Assembly (NCBI GenBank): GCA_043740145.1
Contig: JAYUCX010000183.1
Coordinates: forward strand, 1-30,578
Origin: Gammaproteobacteria bacterium
GTDB lineage: Bacteria; Pseudomonadota; Gammaproteobacteria; SURF-13
Reading direction: 5' to 3'
DNA length: 30,578 bases
The position numbers and the translations under genes are program-made. The notes under the pieces are model-generated. The model was given only the letters and a program-made list of their open reading frames with translations, had not been told where the DNA came from and did no database searches. This document shows positions 18,200-26,700 of the stretch, piece after piece (position 1 is the first letter of the stretch; every line of letters begins with the position of its first letter).

Positions 18200-20398
18200 A
18201 TGAGTGGTAGTGAAATAAACCGCAGGGGATTTCTAAAATTAATGGGCTGGAGCGCAGCGGGTGCGGGGCTTGCTGGTTGCGATCTTCCCTCCACGGTGAC
18301 GCTGGAGCAGGGTAAGGAAACGGTGCTGTCCTACCTTTCCCCCGAGGAATACGTCATACCGGGCATAGGGGTGTGGTATGCCTCCACCTGCATGCAGTGC
18401 GCGGCCTTCTGTGGCATTCATGGCCGGGTGCGCGAGGGACACGCCCTGAAACTCGAAGGCAATCCCGATTCGCCGCTGAACCGCGGCAAGCTGTGCCAGA
18501 TGGGTCAGGCCGGTATACAGGGCCACTACAACCCGGACCGCATTACTCAGCCGCTGCTTCGTAAGGACGGCAAGCTCACCCCGATAGGCTGGGATGAAGC
18601 CTGGAACCTCATCGGTCAGAAAATCTCCAATGCGCCCGGCGAACGCTTCGCTTGGGTCACCGGCACGGTGAGCGGTCACCAAGCGGTGTTGCTTGCCGCC
18701 CATATCGAGGCCATGGGCTCTAAAAATCATTTTGCCGTCGAGGTGATCGGCCCGCACGTGGGCCGCGCCGTGAATCAGGACATGCTGGGCGAGGCGATGC
18801 CGCGCCTGGTTCTCGACAAGGCCAAGCTCATCCTCTCGTTGGGCGCCGATTTTCTGGGCACCTGGGTGTCGCCCACCCATTTCGCTACCGAGTACGCCAA
18901 GTTCCGTTCCGGCTCGCGCGGCATGCTCGTCCAGGTCGAACCGAAGATGACACTCACCGGCGGCAACGCCGATCTGTGGGTGCCCATCCGGCCGGGTACC
19001 GAAGGCGTGCTGGCACTCGCCATCGCTAACGTATTGATGAAGGGCGGTGCCAAGGTTCCCGAGGCCGCTATGGCCGCGGTATCGGCCTATGAGCCCGCCA
19101 AGGCGGCCGAGATCACCGGCATCTCCGCCGAGCGCATCGAAAAAATTGCCGCGCTGCTCAAAGAGCACAGCCCGAGTCTGGTGCTGGCCGGCGCGCCGGT
19201 GGAGGGCCATGCCCACGGCTATCAGGCCGCCGCCGCCGTGCAGTTGTTGAATATCATGCTGGGCAATGTCGGCCAAACCATCGTCTCGGCGGGTGGCTTC
19301 CCCTTCCCGCAACTGGCGGCGAAGAGCGGCAGCACGCGTGATCTCATCGCCTTTGCCGATGCCGCCAAGAATCAAAAGCTGGACGTTGCGTTTTTCTATG
19401 GCGCCAATCCCGTTTACAGCGCCCCGCAATTCCTGGCGCTCTCTGAGGCCCTGCAAAAGATTCCGTTCAAGGTCGCCTTCGCCCAGTTCCCCGACGAAAC
19501 CGCCGAGGCGGTCGATCTGGTCATCCCGCTGGCGTCGTATCTGGAAGATTGGGGCACGCACGTGGCGGCCTACCAGCCGGAGCAGGCCAGCATCACGGTG
19601 CAGCAACCGCTGATGGAGCGCATGTACAACGACACCATCGGCTTCGGCGATGCGCTGCTCAAACTCCTGAAGCTGCGCAAGTCCGAACAGTATGCCGCCT
19701 GGGAAGACTACTACGCCTACCTGCGCAACGCCGTGGCCACGCTGCCCGCCGAGTACAAGGCCGGGGCCGCGAACGACAACGTATTCTGGAATCAGACCCT
19801 GCAAAAGGGCCTGCTGAAGGTGGCCGCCGCCGCGCAAGAGCTGAAGCCGCAGGTATCCGAGATCAAACTGCCCGACGCGCAGCCCAATGAAGGCTATCCG
19901 CTATACCTGGTGCCCTCCGCCCAATTGGGACTGTGGGACGGCCGGCATGCCAACCTGCCTTGGCTGCAAGAGGCGCCCGATCAGATCAGTAAGGTAGTGT
20001 GGGATTCATGGGCGGAGATTCATCCCGCCACGGCGGCGAAGCTCGGCATCAAAGAAGACGATATCATTGAGATCGCCTCGGAGCACGGCGCGATCAAGGT
20101 CAAGGCCTATCTGTTCAAGGGCGTGCACCCGGACGTGGTCGCCGTGCCGATGGGCCAGGGCCACGAGGCCTACGGCCGCTATGCCAAGAACCGGGGTGTG
20201 AACGTGCTGAAGATCCTCGATCCTGTCACCGAAGCCAAGACCGGCGAGCTTGCGCTGTACGGCACGCGCGTTAAGCTGGCCAACACGGGCAAAAATGAAC
20301 CTCTGGTCATCGAGGGCCGCGGCAACACCAGTCAACGCGGCCGCAAGCTGGTGGCGACCGTTTCCGCAGATCAGTTCCGCAAGACGGAAGGAGCTTAA
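18200..20398 (+). CDS. actB1: Alternative complex III subunit B1 (molybdopterin-oxidoreductase catalytic-subunit homologue), Tat lipoprotein
   Basis: NRRGFLK twin-arginine signal ending in lipobox LAGC27; CX2CX3CX27C motif; KLEGNP; ILSLGADFLGTW; LPWLQEAPD; C-terminal EIHP...DVVAVPMGQGH domain. Confidence 0.88.
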   Translation: MSGSEINRRGFLKLMGWSAAGAGLAGCDLPSTVTLEQGKETVLSYLSPEEYVIPGIGVWYASTCMQCAAFCGIHGRVREGHALKLEGNPDSPLNRGKLCQMGQAGIQGHYNPDRITQPLLRKDGKLTPIGWDEAWNLIGQKISNAPGERFAWVTGTVSGHQAVLLAAHIEAMGSKNHFAVEVIGPHVGRAVNQDMLGEAMPRLVLDKAKLILSLGADFLGTWVSPTHFATEYAKFRSGSRGMLVQVEPKMTLTGGNADLWVPIRPGTEGVLALAIANVLMKGGAKVPEAAMAAVSAYEPAKAAEITGISAERIEKIAALLKEHSPSLVLAGAPVEGHAHGYQAAAAVQLLNIMLGNVGQTIVSAGGFPFPQLAAKSGSTRDLIAFADAAKNQKLDVAFFYGANPVYSAPQFLALSEALQKIPFKVAFAQFPDETAEAVDLVIPLASYLEDWGTHVAAYQPEQASITVQQPLMERMYNDTIGFGDALLKLLKLRKSEQYAAWEDYYAYLRNAVATLPAEYKAGAANDNVFWNQTLQKGLLKVAAAAQELKPQVSEIKLPDAQPNEGYPLYLVPSAQLGLWDGRHANLPWLQEAPDQISKVVWDSWAEIHPATAAKLGIKEDDIIEIASEHGAIKVKAYLFKGVHPDVVAVPMGQGHEAYGRYAKNRGVNVLKILDPVTEAKTGELALYGTRVKLANTGKNEPLVIEGRGNTSQRGRKLVATVSADQFRKTEGA

Positions 20399-20401
20399 AC
20401 C

Positions 20402-21256
20402 ATGTCGCTACAGAATCTGATAGACAACTGGTCGCAATACCGCAAGGGCATCGAAGAGGGCGGCTTTCAGCACTACGAGCACCGCTGGGGCATGGCGATA
20501 GACCTCAACGCCTGCATCGGCTGCAACGCCTGTTCGACCGCCTGTTATGCGGAAAACAACCTGGCCGTGGTCGGGCCGGAGCGTTTTGCGCAGGGCCACT
20601 TCATGCACTGGTTGCGCGTCGAGCGTTACTGGGATCAGCCCGACAAGGAGTTTCCGGAGCAGGGTGCGAGCTTCCTGCCCATGATGTGTCAGCAATGCGG
20701 CGCCGCGCCGTGCGAGCCGGTATGTCCCGTGGTGGCCACTTATCACACGCCGGACGGGCTGAACGCGCAGGTCTATAACCGCTGCATCGGCTCGCGCTAC
20801 TGCAACAACAACTGTCCCTATCGCGTGCGCTATTTCAATTTCTGGTCGTACTACGAGACCTCCTGGCCGGAGCCGCTCAACATGCAACTCAACCCCGACC
20901 TCACGGTGCGCGACAAGGGCGTGATGGAAAAGTGCACCTTCTGCGTGCAGCGCATCCGTACCGTCAAGGACAAGGCCAAGATGGAGAACCGCAAGGTCAA
21001 GGACGGCGAGTTCACCACCGCCTGCGCACAGGCCTGTCCCACCAATGCCATCCACTTCGGCGATCTGATGGACCCTGAGAGTCAGGTGACGAAGCTGTGG
21101 GCCACACATCAGGTCTCGCGGGTGGACGAGCAGGGCCGTCCGCGCCACGAGCAGGACAAACAGAATCCCGATCTGCGCGGTTACCGCGTGCTGGAAGAAC
21201 TCAACACGGACCCGTCGGTGATGTATCTCGAACGGGTACGCGAGACCTTAGCGTAA
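20402..21256 (+). CDS. actB2: Alternative complex III subunit B2, four-cluster Fe-S protein (NrfC/PsrB-like)
   Basis: CIGCNACSTAC, CQQCGAAPCEPVCP, CIGSRYCNNNCP (one Cys replaced by Ser, as expected for the [3Fe-4S] site), CTFC...CAQACP; RDKGVMEKC. Confidence 0.9.
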   Translation: MSLQNLIDNWSQYRKGIEEGGFQHYEHRWGMAIDLNACIGCNACSTACYAENNLAVVGPERFAQGHFMHWLRVERYWDQPDKEFPEQGASFLPMMCQQCGAAPCEPVCPVVATYHTPDGLNAQVYNRCIGSRYCNNNCPYRVRYFNFWSYYETSWPEPLNMQLNPDLTVRDKGVMEKCTFCVQRIRTVKDKAKMENRKVKDGEFTTACAQACPTNAIHFGDLMDPESQVTKLWATHQVSRVDEQGRPRHEQDKQNPDLRGYRVLEELNTDPSVMYLERVRETLA

Positions 21257-21281
21257 CGCCATCGTGAAGGTAGAGGCTGGT

Positions 21282-22703
21282 ATGAAAGATATAGCGATAC
21301 ACTCCCAAGAAAGCGATATCCGCGAAGATCTGCCGTGGAAACAGATCAATACGGATATCCTGCGTTCCCTGGACAACCCGCGCCGGGGCTATTGGTATTC
21401 CATCATCGTCTGCCTGGTGCTGCTCGCCATCGGCTTCACCGCCGAGATGATTCAGTATCAGACCGGCATGGGCATGTCCAAGAACCACCCGCACATGTGG
21501 AATCTGTACATCGCCACCTTCATCTTCTGGATCGGCATGAGCCACTCCGGCACGCTGCTCTCGGCGATTCTGCACATCGTACACGCCGACTGGCGCAAAC
21601 CGATTTACCGCTTCGCCGAGGCGATGACCACCTTCTCGCTGATGACCGCGCTCTTGTTTCCGGTCATACACTTAGGAAGGCTTTGGAATTTCTACTGGGT
21701 TGTCCCTTATATTCCATCGCGCGGCACCTGGCCGAATTTCCGCTCCCCGCTGTCGTGGGACGGCTTTGCGATCATGACGTATCTCACCTCTTCAGCGCTG
21801 TTTTTGTACATCGGCATGTTGCCGGATTTGGCGATCGCGCGCGACAACACCACCGGCTGGCGCAAGCAGCTCTACAGCACACTGTCGCTCGGCTGGTGTG
21901 GCAACGACCGGCAGTGGCGCGTATTCCGCAAGGCCTACATGCTGATGGCGATTTTTTTGATTCCGCTGGCCGTCTCGGTGCACTCCATCGTGTCGTCCGA
22001 CTTCGCCATGTCCATCAATCCCGGCTGGCATGTGACCACCTTCCCGCCTTATTTCGTGGCCGGCGCGCTGTACTCCGGCTGCGCGGCGATCATCACGCTG
22101 TTCATCCTGCTGCGCTATTACTTCCGCTGGGAAGAGTACATGACGCTGCCTATCCTGGAGAAGATCTGCAAGCTCACTTTTGCCATCGCCATGATGTGGA
22201 CGTATTTGAATCTGGTCGAGTTCTCCTCGGTGTGGTACGGCCATGACGTGTATGGCAAAGAGGTGTTGTGGGGCAAGATGACGGGGGCTTATGCGCCGGC
22301 CTTCTGGAGCATGATGTTCTTCGGCTCGGTGCTGCCGTTCACGCTCGCCTTCCGCAAGCTGCGCCGCCACATCCCCACCATGATGGCGGTGTCCATCGTG
22401 CTCAACGTCGGCATGTGGCTGGAGCGTTGGATGATCATCTCGCCCACGTTGTCCCAGTCGTTCTATCCCTGGTCGTGGGATGTGATGTGGCCGACCCTCA
22501 CCTCCTGGGCTATCGTGCTGGGCAGCTTCGGCTGGTTCGGCCTGCTGTTCCTGGTGTTCGTGAAGATCTTCCCGTCGGTCTCCATGTATGAGGTCAAGGA
22601 AATGGTCTACCACCGCAAGCTCGCCACTGAAAAGGCGGCAGCGCCCGTCGGCGGTATGGCGCCCGCCTACGGCGCACACATGAAGAAGGAGGACGCGGTA
22701 TGA
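21282..22703 (+). CDS. actC: Alternative complex III subunit C, NrfD-family quinol-binding membrane protein
   Basis: ATG 21282 after GAGG (alternative GTG 21264); about 10 TM helices; FWIGMSHSGTLLSAIL, RFAEAMT, HLGR, NFRSPLSWD, VHSIVSSDFA, FPPYFVAGALYSG, GMWLERW. Confidence 0.92.
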   Translation: MKDIAIHSQESDIREDLPWKQINTDILRSLDNPRRGYWYSIIVCLVLLAIGFTAEMIQYQTGMGMSKNHPHMWNLYIATFIFWIGMSHSGTLLSAILHIVHADWRKPIYRFAEAMTTFSLMTALLFPVIHLGRLWNFYWVVPYIPSRGTWPNFRSPLSWDGFAIMTYLTSSALFLYIGMLPDLAIARDNTTGWRKQLYSTLSLGWCGNDRQWRVFRKAYMLMAIFLIPLAVSVHSIVSSDFAMSINPGWHVTTFPPYFVAGALYSGCAAIITLFILLRYYFRWEEYMTLPILEKICKLTFAIAMMWTYLNLVEFSSVWYGHDVYGKEVLWGKMTGAYAPAFWSMMFFGSVLPFTLAFRKLRRHIPTMMAVSIVLNVGMWLERWMIISPTLSQSFYPWSWDVMWPTLTSWAIVLGSFGWFGLLFLVFVKIFPSVSMYEVKEMVYHRKLATEKAAAPVGGMAPAYGAHMKKEDAV

Positions 22704-23230
22704 AAAAGACTCACCGCCTACTCGGTCTGTTCAGCAATTTTGATGAGGCCACCAAGGCCATTTATGACATCCGCGCCAACAAGGTGAGCGGCGTTTCCGT
22801 CAAAGACGTGACCCTGATCTCACCTATCGAGCACCCGGAGGTCGAAGAGGCGCTCGGCGATCGCGGCGTGCACGTGCAGTTCTTCACGCTGTTCGGGGGA
22901 TTGTTCGGCCTGATCGGCAGTTGGGTGTGGATTTCTGCGGCGCAGGCCACCTTTCTGGTTCAGCCGCAGGGCGGCAAGCCGGTGGTGACCCTGGTCACCA
23001 ACTTCGTGTTGAATTACGAGATGATGATTCTGGGCGGTGTGTTATTCACCCTGATAGGTCTTCTGGTCGGCGCGCGTTTGCCCTCGCGCCCCGGTTCGCT
23101 TTACAGCGAAAAAATCAGTTTGGACCAGATCGGCATCCTGCTGGAGGTTAATGAACCCAACCTGGCGCCACTGAAGTCGCTGTTCCACCAACACAATGTA
23201 GTCGAAATACGCGAAGAGATCATTCGATGA
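22700..23230 (+). CDS. actD: Alternative complex III subunit D (DUF3341-like)
   Basis: ATGA overlap with actC; two central TM helices, GGKP motif, YEMMILGG; position between actC and actE. Confidence 0.85.
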   Translation: MKKTHRLLGLFSNFDEATKAIYDIRANKVSGVSVKDVTLISPIEHPEVEEALGDRGVHVQFFTLFGGLFGLIGSWVWISAAQATFLVQPQGGKPVVTLVTNFVLNYEMMILGGVLFTLIGLLVGARLPSRPGSLYSEKISLDQIGILLEVNEPNLAPLKSLFHQHNVVEIREEIIR

Positions 23231-23784
23231 AAGCCCTGCGCCTATTCCTTGTCTTGCCGTTGCTCGCTCCGGTGCTTGTCTATGCCTGGCCGTGGTCGCA
23301 GGACATGATGAATCAACCCAGCATCAAGCCCCAAGAACCTGAACGTAATGGGCAGTTGTCGCCCTTCCCTCATCGCTCGGTTCCCGTGCAAGGCATCCCG
23401 ACCCAAACGGCCAGCCGTGAAGAGGCTAAGGATCTGACCAATCCATTCCCTCCGGACGAAGCTTCGATCAAAAAGGGGCGTGTGCTGTTTCGCATTATCT
23501 GCGCCGCCTGCCATGGGCAGACCGGCAAGGCCGATTCCCCTGTGACCGACAAGATCGGCGCGATTGACCTCACCTCGGATTATGCACAGAAGGATCTCAC
23601 CGAAGGCTGGATCTACGGCACCATAACGCATGGCGGCGCGGTGATGCCTCCTTATGGCGTCCCTGCGGGTGGTGTGGGTTCCAATGATTTGTCACCGGAA
23701 GAGCGTTGGCATGTCGTCAACTATGTGCGCCACGCCTTGACCAAAGAGCCGACCGCTGCCGCTCCACAAGCAGCGACTAAATAA
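23227..23784 (+). CDS. actE: Alternative complex III subunit E, monoheme cytochrome c
   Basis: Signal peptide; DMMNQPSIKPQE, SVP; single CAACH; distal VMPPY Met; ERWHVVNYVR. Confidence 0.87.
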   Translation: MKALRLFLVLPLLAPVLVYAWPWSQDMMNQPSIKPQEPERNGQLSPFPHRSVPVQGIPTQTASREEAKDLTNPFPPDEASIKKGRVLFRIICAACHGQTGKADSPVTDKIGAIDLTSDYAQKDLTEGWIYGTITHGGAVMPPYGVPAGGVGSNDLSPEERWHVVNYVRHALTKEPTAAAPQAATK

Positions 23785-23806
23785 CAGGTTAGAGGAGTAT
23801 GATTTA

Positions 23807-24874
23807 ATGGAAAACTTGGGCTTCGGCAGCTGGTCGGTGCTGACCACGAATTTTTTAATCATCCTCTACATGGCGCTGGGGACGATCACCCTGTCGGCGC
23901 TGCTGCACATGGCCAACGCCAAGTGGCGCTTCCAGATACGCAACCTGGTGGCAAGCCTCGCGGTGTTGTTCCCGGTGGCGTTCGTGCTGCTGCTGGTTCT
24001 GCTCGCCAACGGCGAGCATACCTTCCAATGGCTGGCCCATGCCAAAGAGGGCGAGCATCACCTGCCGGGTTGGCACAACTACACCTTCCTGGTGGCGCGC
24101 GAGATCATCGGATTTATCCTCGTGGTGACGCTCTACGGGCTGTTTATTAAATACCAGCACCGCAGCGAGGCGGACCCGTCGCCCGCGATCGCGCGCACCT
24201 TCCGCAATATTACCCTGTTGATCCCCTTTGCCTATGTTCCTTACGCGACCATGGTGGCTTGGGATTTCGAAATGACCCAGATGCCCGGCTGGCACAGCGC
24301 GAGTTATGGCGCCTACCATTTCGTCAGCAATTTCCACGCCTCGCTGGGGTTCTTGGCGGTATTGTTGTTTGTGCTGAGTCGCTCCGGGAAACTCGTCAAG
24401 CCGCTGCCGGAGTTCGTGTTCAATTACCTCGCGCAGTTTATGTTCGCCTTCACTATTTTGTGGACCTATCTGTTCTTTACGCAATTCCTCATCATGTGGT
24501 ACGGACGTTTCCCCGAAGAGACCATCCGTTTCTTCAATATGATGTACGGCGGGCCGATGCGGCCTAACATGGAGATCGGCGGTTACTCGCCGCTGTGGTG
24601 GACGTTCTTTACTCTCAAGTTCATCGTTCCGTTCACGACCTTCTTGTTCACCGCCAATCGGCATAATCCGGTGGTCATCATCACCGTTGGCCTCGGCATC
24701 TTAATAGGCACCTGGATCGAGCGCTATACCTGGATATCCGGTTCTGTGGACCCGAAGCTCTATCACTTCCCCATGACCTCGATCTTCGACATCGTGGTGA
24801 CGCTGGTGGTTGCGGCCGTGGCGTTTTTCGCGGTGCGCTGGTCCCTGACCCGTTCCGGCTTGGTAAAGCCGTAA
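23807..24874 (+). CDS. actF: Alternative complex III subunit F, second NrfD-like membrane subunit
   Basis: About 9-10 TM helices; WDFEM...PGWHSASYG, LWTYLFFTQFLIMWYG.FPEET; lacks the MSHSG quinol-site histidine of ActC; last gene of the cluster. Confidence 0.87.
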   Translation: MENLGFGSWSVLTTNFLIILYMALGTITLSALLHMANAKWRFQIRNLVASLAVLFPVAFVLLLVLLANGEHTFQWLAHAKEGEHHLPGWHNYTFLVAREIIGFILVVTLYGLFIKYQHRSEADPSPAIARTFRNITLLIPFAYVPYATMVAWDFEMTQMPGWHSASYGAYHFVSNFHASLGFLAVLLFVLSRSGKLVKPLPEFVFNYLAQFMFAFTILWTYLFFTQFLIMWYGRFPEETIRFFNMMYGGPMRPNMEIGGYSPLWWTFFTLKFIVPFTTFLFTANRHNPVVIITVGLGILIGTWIERYTWISGSVDPKLYHFPMTSIFDIVVTLVVAAVAFFAVRWSLTRSGLVKP

Positions 24875-24947
24875 GCTCCTCTAGTGCCCCGTCTTTACAT
24901 GGCGTGGTACCATCCTCACAGCCGATTATCAGGTTAGGGGATTCCTC

Positions 24948-26123
24948 ATGCGCATCCGTAATCTTCTATCGTTTCTGATCAAGTCCATCATCACCGGACT
25001 CGCCGCCGCGTTTATCATCGTGGCCTTATACCCCGGTCTGCTCAAGAAGGGTGATACGGTCGTGGAGGTTAAGGAAAATATCCGCCCGGCGGCTGCAAGC
25101 TCGACTTCGGGACAATCCGCATTCGCGCCCAGTTCCTACGCAAGGGGAGTGGGTCAGGCCGCGCCCTCGGTAGTCAATATCTTTACGACCAAGGTCGTCA
25201 CCCAGCGCCCGCATCCGTTTCTGGATGACCCCTCCATGCAACGCTTTTTCGGCGACAACCCCCAGTTCGCCCCGCGGCAACGGCTCGAGAGCAGCCTCGG
25301 ATCGGGAGTCATCATCAGTGACAAAGGCTACATCCTCACCAATAATCATGTGATTGAAGGCGCCGACGAAATCCAGATCGCCCTCAGCGACGGGCGCAGC
25401 GCCCAAGCGCAGGTAGTGGGTACCGATCTCGAGACCGATGTGGCGGTATTAAAGATAGAAATGGGCAAGCTGCCCAGCATCGTGATCGGCCAGTCGGATG
25501 CCCTGCAAGTAGGCGACGTGGTACTCGCCATCGGCAATCCCTTCGGCGTGGGACAGACCGTCACGCACGGCATCGTCAGCGCCACGGGGCGTAACCATCT
25601 CGGCATCAACACCTTTGAAAATTTCATCCAGACCGACGCCGCGATCAATCCGGGCAACTCGGGCGGCGCGCTCGTCAACACCGAAGGTGAGTTGATCGGC
25701 ATCAATACCGCGATCTTCTCGCGCACCGGCGGCTCGCAAGGGATAGGCTTCGCCATCCCCTTAAGCCTCGCCCGCGGCGTGATGGAACAGATCATCGAAC
25801 ACGGCCGCGCCATCCGCGGCTGGCTCGGGGTAGAGGTACAGGGCATTACGCCACAACTCGCGGAATCCTTCGGCCTCGGCGCCGACGCCAAGGGTGTCAT
25901 CATCGCAGGCGTATTGTCCGACAGCCCAGCCGATCAAGCCGGAATCAAACCTGGCGACATCGTCACCCAGATCAACGACAAACCCATCACCGAACCCGCG
26001 GAACTCCTAAATACCATCGCACAGGCTGCTCCCGGCGAGAGCGTCAAGATCGTCGGCCTGCGTAACGGCAGCGCCTTCGATCTCCAAGCTAAGGTGGCCG
26101 AGCGCCCGACGCGCAGCCCGTAG
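24948..26123 (+). CDS. HtrA-family serine protease with one PDZ domain (DegS/DegQ/AlgW-like)
   Basis: N-terminal TM anchor; triad TNNHV, TDVAV, GNSGG; VGDVVLAIGNPFG; single C-terminal PDZ (RGWLGV, SPADQAGIKPGD). Confidence 0.93.
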   Translation: MRIRNLLSFLIKSIITGLAAAFIIVALYPGLLKKGDTVVEVKENIRPAAASSTSGQSAFAPSSYARGVGQAAPSVVNIFTTKVVTQRPHPFLDDPSMQRFFGDNPQFAPRQRLESSLGSGVIISDKGYILTNNHVIEGADEIQIALSDGRSAQAQVVGTDLETDVAVLKIEMGKLPSIVIGQSDALQVGDVVLAIGNPFGVGQTVTHGIVSATGRNHLGINTFENFIQTDAAINPGNSGGALVNTEGELIGINTAIFSRTGGSQGIGFAIPLSLARGVMEQIIEHGRAIRGWLGVEVQGITPQLAESFGLGADAKGVIIAGVLSDSPADQAGIKPGDIVTQINDKPITEPAELLNTIAQAAPGESVKIVGLRNGSAFDLQAKVAERPTRSP

Positions 26124-26152
26124 CTCGTATAGTAAAAAGCAAAGCTGCCTGT

Positions 26153-26576
26153 TTTACTGCATGGTTATTGGACTATAGACCGTAACCCGCAGCATCGAGA
26201 CGGCGGAAGAAAAAACAAAATCAATCGAGTCTGACACTACCCTATTGATTTTGCTACTATTTCCTATATCGTTTGCGTAAAGCAAGGAGATGCAAAATGA
26301 GTAAACCGGAAAAGCCACTTGATCCAGAGAGAGTGGCATGTGAAGTATGCCTCAAGGAGATTCCGATATCCGAGGCAAAGAGCGCGGAAGCAGTCGACTA
26401 TGTGCAGTACTTTTGTGGTTTAGAGTGCTACGCCAAATGGAAGAAGCAAGGGGGGAAAACAGGTGAGAAAAAGGTATAAGCGCCGCGTCTAATCAGTCAA
26501 AATCAATCGAGTCTGACTCTGAGCTTTCCATCCTAATGCTTTACTATTATGGTTATTGGGCTATAGACGTAACCCG
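26153..26576. repeat. Nested direct repeats A-B-[gene]-B-A around the DUF3330-like gene
   Basis: A: tttactgcatggttattggactatagaccgtaacccg (26153-26189) vs tttactattatggttattgggctatagacgtaacccg (26540-26576). B: perfect 20-mer CAAAATCAATCGAGTCTGAC (26216-26235 and 26498-26517). Confidence 0.85.
26297..26479 (+). CDS. Small Cys-rich metal-binding protein, DUF3330/TRASH-like
   Basis: ATG 26297 after AAGGAG; CEVCLKEIP...DYVQYFCGLECY matches the pattern recalled for DUF3330 proteins. Confidence 0.7.
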   Translation: MSKPEKPLDPERVACEVCLKEIPISEAKSAEAVDYVQYFCGLECYAKWKKQGGKTGEKKV

Positions 26577-26700
26577 TTTGTGAGCTGAGCCGCCGCCGGG
26601 ATAAATAAGGAAACGCGAAATGTCAAAATACAAGACGCGACCCTTTCTTCGACCATTTCACCACGCGACCCGTTGCAAAATTTCATTGCCACCGCTCATC

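Noticed and set aside
18239-19837. 532-aa antisense ORF and many other long antisense or alternate-frame ORFs across the act operon, lpoA, cca and degQ
   Set aside because: They fully overlap well-supported genes, have no motifs, and are the expected shadow of high third-position GC.
17562-24874. Cluster as Qrc, polysulfide/tetrathionate reductase or Nrf system
   Set aside because: The DUF3341-like gene, a monoheme cytochrome and a second NrfD paralogue in the order A-B-C-D-E-F are diagnostic of alternative complex III.
26150-26580. Repeats as a CRISPR array
   Set aside because: Only two copies of each repeat, irregular spacing, a gene between them and no cas genes.
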